Below are positions 35,865 through 49,925 of a DNA stretch of 64,000 nucleotides, piece after piece. Numbering within the stretch: position 1 is the first letter of the stretch; every line of letters starts with the position of its first letter. The stretch is from Rebecca billardiae RCC1528. Taxonomy: Eukaryota > Protista > Haptophyta. The position numbers and the translations under genes were made by a program. Under the pieces are notes generated by a model. The model searched no databases. It worked only from the letters and a program-made list of their open reading frames with translations, and had not been told where the DNA came from. Location of the stretch: contig OZ251233.1 in the NCBI GenBank assembly GCA_965240325.2, positions 124,001-188,000 on the forward strand, read 5' to 3'.

Positions 35865-36713
35865 CTACTTGTTCTTCTTCTTCTCCTTGGAGGGGGCGCT
35901 GCTGTCGGCCGGGTGGGTGAAGGCGGCCGCGTTCTCCTGCGCGAAGCACACCTTGAGGTGGTTGGTGCCCAGGTAGATCTCGAGCACGCCCTTGGACGAC
36001 TCCTGGATGTCCTTGTCCTTCTGCGCAGCCCCGCGCGCAGGCCAGCGCGCAGGCCAGCGCGCAGGCCAGCGCACAGGCCAGCGCACAGGCCAGCGCACAG
36101 GCCAGCGCACAGGCCAGCGCACAGGCCAGCGCACAGGCCAGCGCACAGGCCAGCGCCGCCGCAGCGTGCCGACGGGGGGACGGAGCAGCGCGCGGCGTGA
36201 GCGCGCGCGCGTGCGGCACGGGCGGCAGCGCGCGGCGCGGGCAGGGCGGGGCCGACGCACCTCCGCGTTCCTGTAGATCTTGGACAGCGCGATCGGCAGG
36301 CAGAGGAACGCGAGCCCCTTCGCCATCGGCCAGATGCACGCGATGAACTTGGTCTTCGGGATGGCGTGCTCTTTGAGCCCGGCCTTGAGGAGCGCGGCGC
36401 GGTGGCGCGCGGCCTGGTCGGGGGTGCACGCGACGCCGACGTACGCGCGGCACTTGTCCTTGTCCGCCACCTCCTTCGGGTTGTCGAAGTACACGCCGGC
36501 TAGCCTGCGCATGCCCACTCTGCTCGCAATATTGGCTATCTCCCTAATCATCCCGCCGATCGCGGGGTAGGGGCCGACGTACTCCTTGTAGAAGAGCTGG
36601 TACGGGCCCTCCTCGATGTCCTCAAAGTCCACCGGCCTGAGCACGCCGGAGAGCCCGAGCAGCACCGTGAAGATCATGAAGAAGACGCTGAACAGCGTCC
36701 ACACGTCGGCCAT
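35865..36713 (-). CDS. TEX264-like membrane-anchored GyrI-like domain protein; exons 36713-36261 and 36020-35865
   Basis: N-terminal anchor followed by YKEYVGPY, AGVYFDNPKEV..DKCRAYVG and F.CLPIALSKIY...LEIY. An in-frame 240-nt GT-AG intron at 36260-36021 contains a minisatellite. Confidence 0.75.
   Translation of the reverse strand: MADVWTLFSVFFMIFTVLLGLSGVLRPVDFEDIEEGPYQLFYKEYVGPYPAIGGMIREIANIASRVGMRRLAGVYFDNPKEVADKDKCRAYVGVACTPDQAARHRAALLKAGLKEHAIPKTKFIACIWPMAKGLAFLCLPIALSKIYRNAEVRRPRPARAARCRPCRTRARSRRALLRPPVGTLRRRWPVRWPVRWPVRWPVRWPVRWPVRWPVRWPARWPARWPARGAAQKDKDIQESSKGVLEIYLGTNHLKVCFAQENAAAFTHPADSSAPSKEKKKNK
36033..36156. repeat. Intronic 12-bp minisatellite, ~10 copies
   Basis: Tandem gcgc(a/g)caggcca units. 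Confidence 0.92.
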
Positions 36714-36961
36714 GATGGCGAGCGATGACCAAAGTGGAAGGCCCGAATAATACTGATGATGATGACGACGAAGCGGGAACCAAACAGCAGAAAGCTCCAA
36801 AGCGCTCACGCATCATTTCTATCGATCTTGCTGCCGACGAGATCGGGCTCAAACATTCGTACGAGAATCGCGCATGTTCGTCCCTAATCGGCGAGCCGCA
36901 TGAGTACGTACTCCGCGGAATCATCGGCTGAGGGGCCAGTGACGGACTGGAGTGTTCATCA

Positions 36962-39301
36962 TCAGCCGTCGGCGACGCTCGCGAGGACCGCGACCGGGCG
37001 GGCGTGCTGCGCCGCGTGCTGCGGGCCGTCGCGCGGCCGCGCGCGGGGAGAGCGCAGACCACCACCCTCCGGCTCGACGCGGCTCCCCACGCCCTCCGCC
37101 GCGCCCCCTGGGAGCGCGCTCACTCCGCCGTCGCCGCCGGCGCCGCCCTCGCCGAGCGAGGCGCGCCTGCGCGAGACGCGCGACACGTGCATGCGGTGCT
37201 TGAGCAGGAGCAGCTTGCGCTGCGCGGCGAGGCGCTGCTCGAGCGCGGCCTGCTCGCTCGCGGCGCGCTCGGCGCGCTGCTGCTCGCTCGCGCGCGCCTC
37301 CGCCGCGCGCGCCTCCGCCGCCTCGAGCGCGCTCGCCAGCGCCGCCTGCGCCGCGCGCACGTGAGCGAGCTGTCCCTCGCGCTCGAGCAGCGCCTCGCTG
37401 CGCGCGGCGAGCTGCGCCTCGACCTCCGCGGCGCGCGCGGCGAGCTCGCGCGCCTCGGCGTCGCGCTCGCGCAGCCGCGCCTCCACCGCCGCGCGCTCCG
37501 CCGCCACCGTCTCGAGCTCCGCCTCGCGCTCGCCCAGCCGCGCGGCGCGCGCGCGCAGCTGGGCGTCCGCCGCCTCCGCCTGCGCGCGCAGGGCGGACAG
37601 CTCCGCGTGCCGCGCGTCGAACTCGGCGGAGGCGGCGGCGAGGCGGGCCTGCACGTCGGCGAGCGCGCCCTCGAGCACCGCGCGCTCCGCCTGCGCGCCG
37701 TGCAGCGCCGCGCCGAGCTGCGCCGCGCGCGCCTCGTGCTCCGCCTCCGCGGCGCGCGCGGCCTCGAGCTGCGCGTGCGCCGCGCGCCGCGCGCCCTCCT
37801 CCGCGCCCAGCTGCGCCGCCAGCGCGGCCGTGCGCGCGGCGAGCTCGTCGCGCGCCGCGCTCGCGCTCGCCGCCGCCTCCTGCTCCGCCGCCGCGAGCGA
37901 CTCGGCGCTCACCGTGCGCGCGCGCTGCTCGGCCACGAGCGCCTCCAGCGCGCCCAGCTGCTCGCCCAGCGCCGCGCGGTCGCCCGCCGCCGCGTCCCGC
38001 TCGGCCGAGACTTGAAGCAGCAGCGCGTGCAGCCGGCGCAGCGCGCCCGCAGAGGCGGCGCCCGCGGCGCTCAGGTTGCGCCGCGGGCCCGCGCGCGCGG
38101 GCATCAGCGCCACCGACTGCGCGAATTCGAGGGCGTCCACGAGCTGGCGGGCGCAGCCCGCGCCGACGGCACCGGCGGGCGCGGCGGGCGCGGCGGGCGA
38201 GACGGAGGCGCGCGGCGAGGGCAGCGCGCCGGGCGCGGGCGGCGGCGGCGGCGCGCGCGCGGCGCCGCCGCCCGCGCCCGCCGCGCCCGGCGCGCACGGC
38301 GGCAGGGTGCAGTACAGCGCGAGCGCCGCGCTGCCCGCCAGCGCGGGCTCGAGCAGCCGCGTGAGCAGCGAGTTGCGCAGGGAGGGCGCGGGCGGCGGCG
38401 GGCCGCCGGCCGCCGCCGCGGGCGCGGGCGGCGCGCCGCCGCCGCCGCCGCCGCCGCCCGCCTCCGCCCCGCCGCTCGGCGCGCTCGGCGTGGCTGCGAG
38501 CGCGCGCACCGCCTGCCGCAGGAAGAGCAGCGAGCGGTTGATGCACACGCCCTGCGCGGCCGCGGCGCTGCCCACGCCGTTGAGCATGGCGGACTCGGAG
38601 CCGGCGAGGTCGACGAGGGAGAACGCGCCGCACGTCACCGGCGCCGCCTCCTCGTCGCCCAGCGCGTGCGCCGCCTCTGCCACCACGCGCAGCACCACGT
38701 GCGAGCGCGAGGACGCGCCGTGCACGTAGTTGGCGGCCGTGGTGCGCGCGCCCAGGCCCGCGTCGATCGCGGCGAGCCCGTCGGCCTCCGAGGTGATCGG
38801 GCGCTCGGTGAGGCCGTGGAACGCGAGCGTGCGCGTGCGCTCCGGCCCCTCCGCGCCCGAGCGGAACACCACCGCGCCGCGCCCGCCGAGCAGGTCGTAC
38901 GCGCGCTCGTCCAGCAGCTCCATCAGCGAGACGCGCAGCGCGAACGTGCACGACGGGCGCTCGCGCACGAGGCGAAAGAGCCGCGCGAGCGCGAGCCGCG
39001 CGAGGCCGGGGCACGCGTCGTCGCCGAACACCGTGTGCGTCTTGCCCGAGCCCGTCTGCCCGTACGCAAACACCGTGCAGTCAAACCCGTCGGCCACCCT
39101 CGAGACGTGCGGCGCGAGGTCCGAGCTGAAGATCTCGGAGGTGGGCGAGGCGGGGGTCCACACGCGGTCGAAGCGGTACGACTTGCCCGCCCACTCGATC
39201 GCGCCCTCCGCGGTGCGCAGCCGCTCCGCGCCGCCCTCCGACTCGCCCTCGCGCTCGGGGCGCACGCGCGCGCACACGAGCACCTTGCCCGCCGCGGCCA
39301 T
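36962..39301 (-). CDS. Kinesin motor protein with C-terminal coiled coil
   Basis: VCARVRP, YRFDRVW, P-loop FAYGQTGSGKTHT, SSRSH, LVDLAGSE, INRSL and LTRLL, then a long coiled-coil stalk. Confidence 0.92.
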   Translation of the reverse strand: MAAAGKVLVCARVRPEREGESEGGAERLRTAEGAIEWAGKSYRFDRVWTPASPTSEIFSSDLAPHVSRVADGFDCTVFAYGQTGSGKTHTVFGDDACPGLARLALARLFRLVRERPSCTFALRVSLMELLDERAYDLLGGRGAVVFRSGAEGPERTRTLAFHGLTERPITSEADGLAAIDAGLGARTTAANYVHGASSRSHVVLRVVAEAAHALGDEEAAPVTCGAFSLVDLAGSESAMLNGVGSAAAAQGVCINRSLLFLRQAVRALAATPSAPSGGAEAGGGGGGGGAPPAPAAAAGGPPPPAPSLRNSLLTRLLEPALAGSAALALYCTLPPCAPGAAGAGGGAARAPPPPPAPGALPSPRASVSPAAPAAPAGAVGAGCARQLVDALEFAQSVALMPARAGPRRNLSAAGAASAGALRRLHALLLQVSAERDAAAGDRAALGEQLGALEALVAEQRARTVSAESLAAAEQEAAASASAARDELAARTAALAAQLGAEEGARRAAHAQLEAARAAEAEHEARAAQLGAALHGAQAERAVLEGALADVQARLAAASAEFDARHAELSALRAQAEAADAQLRARAARLGEREAELETVAAERAAVEARLRERDAEARELAARAAEVEAQLAARSEALLEREGQLAHVRAAQAALASALEAAEARAAEARASEQQRAERAASEQAALEQRLAAQRKLLLLKHRMHVSRVSRRRASLGEGGAGGDGGVSALPGGAAEGVGSRVEPEGGGLRSPRARPRDGPQHAAQHARPVAVLASVADG

Positions 39302-39999
39302 CGCGCGCGGCCGAACGGCGTGCTGTCCGTCCACCACGCGCGCGCCTCGTCCAGCGCCGGCGCGGCCGTGTCGTCGAGCAGCGCCCAGCCGGAGCGCGAC
39401 ACGAGCCCGGGCTGGCCGTGCGCGGACGGCTCGTGGCGCGCGCCCTGCGTGCTGGGTTGCTGCCGCTTTCAACTGCCGCACACGGTCTCGATTCACTCTC
39501 AAAGACTCCGGTCCGGGAAGCACTCCCACTTCCGACCGGGCTGGGCGCTTGGCGCGATCCGGCATCCCTTGGTCAACTGGTCCTTGCAGTCGCCAGAGTC
39601 TGAGTCGGTGAGATACGTGCAGCCTACCTGGCGGCATCGTCATCACTCATCTAGCAGTGCGAGTATATATGGTATACATGTACAGCATTGTATGACACAC
39701 GCGGTGGCGGCGGTGCGGCGCGGTCACGGGACCAAAGAGTCAGCCCCTCCCGTCCCTCCGGACCGTTGTCGCTGCAGCGCACCGTCGACCAGCCTGATGA
39801 TCAACAGGCTCCGGGGATGCACACCGGGGGCAACCCGACGTGATCCAAGAGGCAAGCATCAAGCTGGCGCCCGGCGGGACGCAACGACCGCGCCCGCCGT
39901 CGGCCGCCCGCAGCATCGCGCCGCGCCACCGCCTCCGCGCGGTGGCGCGGCGCGCTAAGGCGCGCTAAGGCGTGCCAGAGCCCAGAGCCAGGGCTAGAG

Positions 40000-40787
40000 C
40001 TAGAAGGAGTGCGAGCGCTCCCTGAGCAGCCTGATCTCCTCCGCGATCTCCGTGTTGAACGGCGACATCGACACGTCTGCACGGCCACGGCCACGGGCGG
40101 GGGCAGGGGCGGGGGCAGGGGCGGGGGCGGGGGCGGCTGGGTGTGAGTGGGGGGCTTGGGGGAGGCGCGCGGGGCGCAGCCGGCTGGGACAGTGGCTGGG
40201 AGGAGGCGGAGGAGGCAGCGGCGCGCGGCGGGCGCAGAGGCGGAGCACGCGCAGGGGTGTGCCGCCCGCCGCCGCTGCTGCGCGCGCACCGAGGATGCCG
40301 TTGCGCACGAAGACGATGCTGCCTCGGCGGTCGCTGGCCGCCGGCGGCGGCGGCGGGATCGGCAGCGGCGCGCCCGCGTGCGCGCCGCCGCCGTGCGTCG
40401 GGTGTCGGTGCTCGCACGTGGCGGCGGAGCGCGAGACGGCGGCGGCGACGGCGGGCGGCAGCGGCGTGGGCACGAGCGGGCGCGGCCGGTGGTGCGTCGC
40501 GTGCGCCTCCGACTCGAGCTCGCGCATCGAGACCGCGCGGTGCATGTTGGCCTGCGCCACCAGCCCGGGCGCGGCGCTCATCGGGCTCACGGGCGGCACA
40601 GACGCGCCGGACTCGCCCTTGCCGAGCGCGCGCGCGCTCAGCCCGCCGCCGAGCGCGCCGCCGAGCCTGTTCACGAGCATCGAGCTGGCGCGCACGAGCG
40701 AGGTGGAGATCGCGACCCCGTCCGAGTCCTGCGCCAACACGGGGGTGGGGCGGCGCGCGGCGGGTGCGTGCGCGTGCACGCGCTCAG

Positions 40788-40832
<45 letters not shown>

Positions 40833-42597
40833 CACACACATTACACACACACAGAGAGAGACAGAGACGGGACAGAGCTCAGCGGGTCGGCGCTCACGCC
40901 CACGCGGGTCGGCGCGCACCTTGATGAACTGCACGCAGAGCGTGCACACGAGCATGAGCCCGAGCCCCGAGAGCTCCATGATCCCGCGCGCGCCCACCAG
41001 CCCGTGCAGCTGCAGCCCGGCGATCGGCCCGACCGCCTGCCCCAGCCGGTCCGCGCTGCCGGCGATGCCCTGCATCACGCCCTGCTGCATCGGCACGTGC
41101 GAGAAGAGCGCGGAGAGGGAGGGGACGGCGAGGCCGTAGCCCGTGGTGATCAGCGCGAGCGTGAGCACGAGCACGGGCATCGAGCGCGCGTTCGCCAGCA
41201 GCGCCAGCCCCACCGCCGTCGAGAGCAGCCCCAGGTAGAGCGTGTTGCCGTCCTTGCAAGTGCGCACGACCACGCGCAGCAGCACGCCCTGCACAAAGAT
41301 ACCCAGCAGGCCCATCAGCGAGAGGGCGACGCCGACCTCCGCCGCGCCGTACGCGAACTGCTCCTCGCAGAAGAAGGCGAACGACGTCTTGTACACCGAG
41401 AAGGTGAAGCGGAACGCCGTGTTGAGCAGCAGCAGCGGGTACACGCCCTGGCGCGCCAGCCAGACGTTCAGCCGCCACAGCTTGCACAGCGCGCGGCTGC
41501 GCCTACCGCCCGCGGGCACGCGCGGCGGCGGCGCGCGGCCGCCGGCGGCGGCGGCGGCGGCGGCGTGCTGCGCGTGCGCGTGCTCGTCGTGCTCGCCGTC
41601 GTCCGACTCGTTCGCGTGCTCGTGCGCCGCGCCGTGCCCGCCCGCCCGCCCCTCGCCGCCCTCGAGCGCGCCCGACGCGTGGTGCGCCGCGCGGCCCGCG
41701 CCGCCGCCGCCCTCGGCCGAGCCCTTCGCGGTGGTGAGGTCGATGCGCACCCAGGACTGCGCGGCGGCGCGCGTGACGTGCTTCTCGACGGGCTCGGCCG
41801 GGTGCCACCGCAGCGCGAACACCGCCGCCACGGCCGAGAGCACGCACGCCAGCCACGCGGACTTGTGCGGGTTGCCCGAGCCGCCCACCACGCCGCCGAG
41901 GGTGGGCCCGGCCGTGAGCGCGACGCCGGTGATCACGCCGATGAGCCCGAAGGAGGAGGCGCGCGAGTGGCGCGCGCCCTGCGACGCGCACGCGCGGCGG
42001 GCCGGGGCGGGCGCGTGCGGGTGGCGCGCGCGGCTGAGCGCGGGGGCGGCGCGCGCGCAGCCGCGCGCCGCGCGCCGCTCGGCGCCGCGCGCGCCGCACC
42101 GTCTCGGCAAAGTAGGCGCGGCACAGCGCGAGCTGGAAGCCGAAGCCGCAGAGCGTGCGCGCGATGAACATCGAGTAGATGCCCGGCGAGAGCGCCAGCA
42201 GCGCATGGCTCGCCGAGCTCACCAGCAGCGAGCCGAAGATGATGGCGCGCCGGCCGATCCGGTCGGACGTCGAGCCGAGCAGCGGCGCAGAGACGAGCTC
42301 GGCGATCCAGTAGGCGGACTGGAGGTAGCCGTAGTAGATAGGGTCGGCGCCGGACTGCTTCACCATGAAGGGCAGCACGGGCACGAGCGCCGTGTTCGCC
42401 AGCTGCGCGAAGAAGATCACCGCGAGCAGAGGCGTGTACTCGGAGAACTCCGCGCACGACGGCGTCCACGACTTGGCGAGGCCGAGGGGCAGGTGGATGG
42501 TGACGGGGATCCACATGGCGTCGGAGGAGGCCAGCCGTGAGAGCCGCGTGGGCCCGAGCAGCGCGTCGCCCTCCTCCGCGCCCGGCCCATCCGACAT
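40000..42597 (-). CDS. MFS transporter (DHA1/TetA-like); exons 42597-42100, 41978-40920, 40728-40290, 40076-40000
   Basis: Motif A GSTSDRIGRRAII, ARTLCG, motif C-like AGPTLGG and about 12 TMs. Introns are GT-AG; the third is in-frame and less certain. Confidence 0.85.
40788..40866. repeat. (CA)n/(GA)n microsatellite in MFS intron 2
   Basis: Direct observation. Confidence 0.95.
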
Positions 42598-42876
42598 GGC
42601 GCGCGCGGCTGTCTGGACCCGGTGCCGGCGGCGGCGAGATGCACCCTCGCGCTTCGTCGTCCCGTTCCGCTGAGCAAGCGGGCATCTCTCAGGCTGCGGC
42701 GGGCGCTTTTCGCGTGCGTCCACTCGTTCGTCCGGGCACCGGCGCCCATCAAAGAATCCTAGCTCTTACTTATCGTGCCTATGCGCGTGCGGGTAGGGAT
42801 TGCTTATGGTGGGGATCTGTGGATCTTGCTGTTCATGACAAGGGCGTTCCCGGGATCCTGCCACACGCTCCGCGAG

Positions 42877-42905
42877 GGGTTTTGGCCCCCTGGGGGCCAA
42901 AACCC
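42877..42905. repeat. Perfect palindrome with 14-bp arms
   Basis: gggttttggccccc-t-gggggccaaaaccc. Confidence 0.9.
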
Positions 42906-42959
42906 TCCCGGACTGGCGCTGCGCCAGTGGCGGCCGCCAACCCGGACTGCAGCGCACCA

Positions 42960-43860
42960 GCGCTTGGCGCGCGCGCGGCGCGGCGCGCTGCGGCCGTCGA
43001 GTTGCCGTGCGAAGGCGGCGCGTTGCTTGCGTGGCATCGGAACACGACCATGCTCCGCACTGCGCCCCGCAGCTCGCTCCTCGTCGACTTTGCCGCGCCT
43101 ACGATCAGCGCGCATGCGAGCGTCGCGTCGGAATGAGCAGCCCGCGCCGGCCTCAGCCGTGAGCGCCCGCCTGGCGCGCGATGCGATCAACTCGGGGCAC
43201 GAGCTGCGGCTGAGCGAGGAAGCATGTGCCTGCGCGCAAGCCGCGCCGCCTTGAGACACCGATCGTGAGCAGGGCATGCACCTTGCACGCAACTATTCTT
43301 CTTGCCCTTGCGAATGTCGCGGTGCCCTTGAAAGGACTCCTCATCAGCGCAACTACTCAAGCATGGCATGACGGCAGCCACGCGCGCAGGCGATGCATGG
43401 ATGTACACGAGTCACTGCGCGCACACGCAACCCGAAGACTCCTATTCATCGCTTCAGGGCGCTCACGGTCTGTTGTTTCATCTCCACTGCATGCAAGGCT
43501 CGTGCAGGCTGATCGGCATTCGTTGACAGCCGTCTGAAGCTGCATCAACGCGCACGATCGATGTCTCAAGGCGGCGCGGCTTGCGCGCAGGCACATGCTT
43601 CCTCGCTCAGCCGCAGCTCGTGCCCCGAGTTGATCGCATCGCGCGCCAGGCGGGCGCTCACGGCTGAGGCCGGCGCGGGCTGCTCATTCCGACGCGACGC
43701 TCGCATGCGCGCTGATCGTAGGCGCGGCAAAGTCGAAGAGGAGCGAGCTGCGGGGCGCAGTGCGGAGCATGGTCGTGTTCCGATGCCACGCAAGCAACGC
43801 GCCGCCTTCGCACGGCAACTCGACGGCCGCAGCGCGCCGCGCCGCGCGCGCGCCAAGCGC
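42960..43860. repeat. Long inverted repeat (foldback): arms 42960-43270 and 43550-43860, ~280-bp spacer
   Basis: The arms are reverse complements with about 3 mismatches that I could see. The ORF track shows near-identical peptides on opposite strands. Confidence 0.95.
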
Positions 43861-43970
43861 CCATCGACGCCAGCGCGCCTTCGCGCCAAGCGCGTTTTCA
43901 TTTTCCGCGCTTTGTTTCGCGCGTGAGTTTTTATTGGCGCATGACCTGTGCGGGGAACGCCCCTGAGTAG

Positions 43971-46456
<2,486 letters not shown>

Positions 46457-47073
46457 GCTGAGCGCTGAGCGCAGCGCACGCCAAGCGCTGTGCGCGGCGG
46501 AGCGCGGGCGGCGGGCGCGGACTCGTGCTGCCGCTCTGCACGCGGCTGGCAGACACCGCCGGCAGGCGCCGGGAGCGCGCGCTGCCCTGCACGGCTGCCG
46601 GCCTGCGTGAGACCGAGTGAGCTACCTGTCGCCCTCGTGACGGCGGTCGCGCGCTCGCAGTGCGGCTGCAGGCTGATGGGCGAACCGTGTCATCCGGCGC
46701 GGTGGGGACGTCCGCGACCGCGGCACATCGCCACGGCCAACGACGGGCCGGGGTCATACGTACGACAACTCCGCGCGCTGTTGCACGACGACGCATACAA
46801 TGCCGATCGTCGTCGTCATCTGATATGATACTATGTCGTAGTAACATTCCGATATAGCTAGTAATTAGATGCGCGCCTGTCGGCCTGTGCTCAGAGCTGA
46901 GTCACATACACTTGTAGTTGTACCCGTAGTGTACTAGTATGGAGAAGTCGGCACAACTACCGTAGACGCGAGCTGCATGTACTTCTGTACATAGTACTGA
47001 TGTCTACTACTGTACAGCATACGTACTGTACAGTCACTATGGTACTGTACAGTACGCGGGCCACTGCCTCACG

Positions 47074-48894
47074 ATGGCGGCGGCCTCGCGCGGACGCTGC
47101 CTCACAACCAGTAGCCTCGCGCTCGCCCTGGCCGCAGCGCACCCGCTCGCGGCGAGCGCGCCGGCGACGCGCCAGGAGGCGCTCTCCTTCTTCATGTACA
47201 CCGAGCGCGCGCTCAACCACGCGTACCTCCTCGCGTGCCCGCGCGCGCCCTCGCTGGTCGAGTCGGCGTGGGTGGGCGAGCGGCTGAACGAGGTGCACGT
47301 GCACGGCGCGCTGGCGCAGCACCCGCTGCGCGTGCGCAACGCGAGCCGCGCGGCGCTGTTCTACGTGCCCATCATGCAGGAGCTCTCGTGGCGCGTGGGC
47401 GCCAACTGCACCGGCGAGAGCCACGCCGACCGGATGCGCGCGGCGGCGCGCGCGCTCGCGCAGCAGCCGCCGTTCGCGGCCTCGCTCGGCCGCGACCACT
47501 TCTGGGCGTCGTCCATGTCGGAGGACGACGGCGTGCTCGAGCAGCACCTGATGCCCGCGCTCACGCGCCTCCTCGCCGAGACCACCGTCGGGCGGCACAA
47601 GTTCTACACCCTCTTCCCGTCGCCCAGCAAGAACCCGCGTCGCGCGGAGGTGCGGTACCGCTCGGTGGTGGGGCGCTGCACCTTCGAGCTGGGGCACCAG
47701 CCCAACCAGGAGGCGCTGCGCGAGTACGCGCGGCGCGCGGCGGGCGCGGCCGGGCTCGGGCCGCGCCCGAGCGCCGCCGCGCGCGAGGCGGCCGAGCTCG
47801 AGCACGGCCACGCCGCGCCGCGCCCCACCCTGCTGTACTGGGCGGGCTCTCTGGACGTGTGCTGCCACGGCAACGGCGTGCGCTGCGCGCTGGGCGAGCT
47901 GCTGCTGCTCGCGGCGCGCGGCGCGGCGGAGGCGCGGGGCGTGCGCATGCACGTGACGGTGCGGCCCAACGCGCTCGCCCGGCTGCGCAACGCGAGCCGC
48001 GCGCCCGACGCCGCGCTCGGCGGCGCGCCCGCGCCCACGCCCAGCACGCCCGCGTGGCGGCTGCCGCGCTCGCAGCGGCCGTCGCGCGACTGGAGCCCGT
48101 GTCTGCTCTCCGTGGCGAGGGAGCTGGCGAAGCAGCGCGGCGGCTCGGAGCTCGACGCGCTGCGCGCGCTCGAGGCGGAGTCGCGCCCGCCGCCCGGCGT
48201 GAGCGCGTACGCGCGCATGGGCCGCGAGATGGCGCGCGCCACGTTCTGCCTGATCCCGCCGGGCGACATCTGCGTCACCTCGCGGCTGCTGTCTGCGCTG
48301 GGCGCGGGCTGCGTGCCCGTGGTGCTGTGCGACGACCTGGCGGGGCCGTACGGCGCGCCGTTCAAGCCGGAGGCGGTGCAGGCGATGCCGTGGCTCGTGC
48401 GCGTGCCGTACGAGCGCTTCGTGCTGTACGTGCGCAGCGAGACCTTCATGCAGCGCCCCGCGCGCGCGCTCGAGGCGGTGCGGCGCGTGAGCGGCGCGCA
48501 GCTCGCGGACATGCAGCGCGCGCTGCGCGCCGCAAGGCCGCAGGTGCTGCTGCAGGCGGCGGGCGCGGCGCCCAAGGCGGGCACGCGCTTGCTCGAGCGC
48601 GTGGCGTACTGCATCCACATGAACCGGAAGAACAAGGTGCTGCCGAACGGCCTCGCGGCCCAGAGCCTCCGGCAGCTCCTTCGCGAGATGCAGCAGGAGG
48701 CCAGGGAGGCGAGCAGGCACAGAGACGGGGTGGCGCGGGCGAGGGCGAGGGCGGCGGCGAGCGTGGCGAGGGCGGCGGCGAAGGCGAGGAAAGCGGCGAG
48801 GGCGATCAACGCGACGGCACTGGCGAAGGCGAAGGCGGCGGCCAAGGCGGCGGCCAAGGCGGCGGCCAAGGCGGCGACTGCCGTTGGAGCGTAG
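47074..48894 (+). CDS. Exostosin-family glycosyltransferase (GT47)
   Basis: N-terminal hydrophobic leader, AALFYVPI, GRDHFW, LLYWAG and MARATFCLIPPGD..TSRLLSALGAGCVPVV. Confidence 0.88.
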   Translation: MAAASRGRCLTTSSLALALAAAHPLAASAPATRQEALSFFMYTERALNHAYLLACPRAPSLVESAWVGERLNEVHVHGALAQHPLRVRNASRAALFYVPIMQELSWRVGANCTGESHADRMRAAARALAQQPPFAASLGRDHFWASSMSEDDGVLEQHLMPALTRLLAETTVGRHKFYTLFPSPSKNPRRAEVRYRSVVGRCTFELGHQPNQEALREYARRAAGAAGLGPRPSAAAREAAELEHGHAAPRPTLLYWAGSLDVCCHGNGVRCALGELLLLAARGAAEARGVRMHVTVRPNALARLRNASRAPDAALGGAPAPTPSTPAWRLPRSQRPSRDWSPCLLSVARELAKQRGGSELDALRALEAESRPPPGVSAYARMGREMARATFCLIPPGDICVTSRLLSALGAGCVPVVLCDDLAGPYGAPFKPEAVQAMPWLVRVPYERFVLYVRSETFMQRPARALEAVRRVSGAQLADMQRALRAARPQVLLQAAGAAPKAGTRLLERVAYCIHMNRKNKVLPNGLAAQSLRQLLREMQQEAREASRHRDGVARARARAAASVARAAAKARKAARAINATALAKAKAAAKAAAKAAAKAATAVGA

Positions 48895-49191
48895 CCTGCT
48901 GGCCGTCGCGTCATCATCATCACTCATCAATTCCGCAGAGAAGCTGCAATCGACGTCTGCTGTGCATCCTGGCACCTTGTCCGGGGCCCGCGGAGCGTCC
49001 GGCTCAAGTTGCGTTACACGCGCCTACGTTGATTGATATGATTGGCGCCTTTTCATTAGTAACAGCAATTGACGACGACGGGTGACGAACTTAGCATCCG
49101 CTGCGAGCGTCCGCCCACGACACGTCCAACAGGGGCGGGTCTCGCAAAGGTGCGAGCGACTACCACCTCCAGCCGAGCACCGCGCACGCAC

Positions 49192-49873
49192 ATGCCGCCA
49201 GGCGAGCGGCGCGCGCCCGCGGCAGGCCTCCCGTCATGGGTGCCACCCTACCGCACGGCCACCGAGCTCGAGTCGTTCCGCCGTCCGTACGGCGTGCGCA
49301 GCGCCGCGCCCGGCACGCCGCGCGGCGGTCCGCGTGGCGGGCTCCTCGGTGCGACGACGCCAGGCTCGGCTGGGCGGCTCGTGAGCGAGGCCCGCGCGCC
49401 GTACGTGCGCGGGCCGCCGTCTGCGCCGTCGACGCCATCCACGCCGGGCACGCCCGGCCGGCGCTCGCTGCCGCGCACGCCAGCCACGCCAGCCGCGCGC
49501 TCGCCGATGACTGCGGCAGGGCTCGCACGCACGCCGACGGGCGCGCGCGCGCGCCGGCTGAGCGAAGCCTCGACGCAGACCGAGACGTGCGAGGTGGCGT
49601 GCGGGGGCAGTGGCGACGAGGCCGAGCTACCTATCTCTCCGGCCGCCTCCGCCGCCTCCACACCACGCACCTCCGCCGCGGCCGCGCGCCGCAAGGGCTG
49701 CTCGCCAGCCTCGACATCGTCGGCGCAGGCGCGATCGCCCGTGCGCCGGGGCTCGGCGCCGCAGCCGGGCGGCGTCGGCGCGAAAGAGCGGGCATCTACG
49801 CCCAAAGGCGCCGCGCTCGTGCCGCCCTCGCCGCGCAACGCGTACACCGACGACCACGACGCCGCCTCCCTCT

Positions 49874-49925
<52 letters not shown>

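Noticed and set aside
42775-43926. Duplicated ORFs in the foldback arms
   Set aside because: They are a by-product of the inverted repeat and show no protein-like features.
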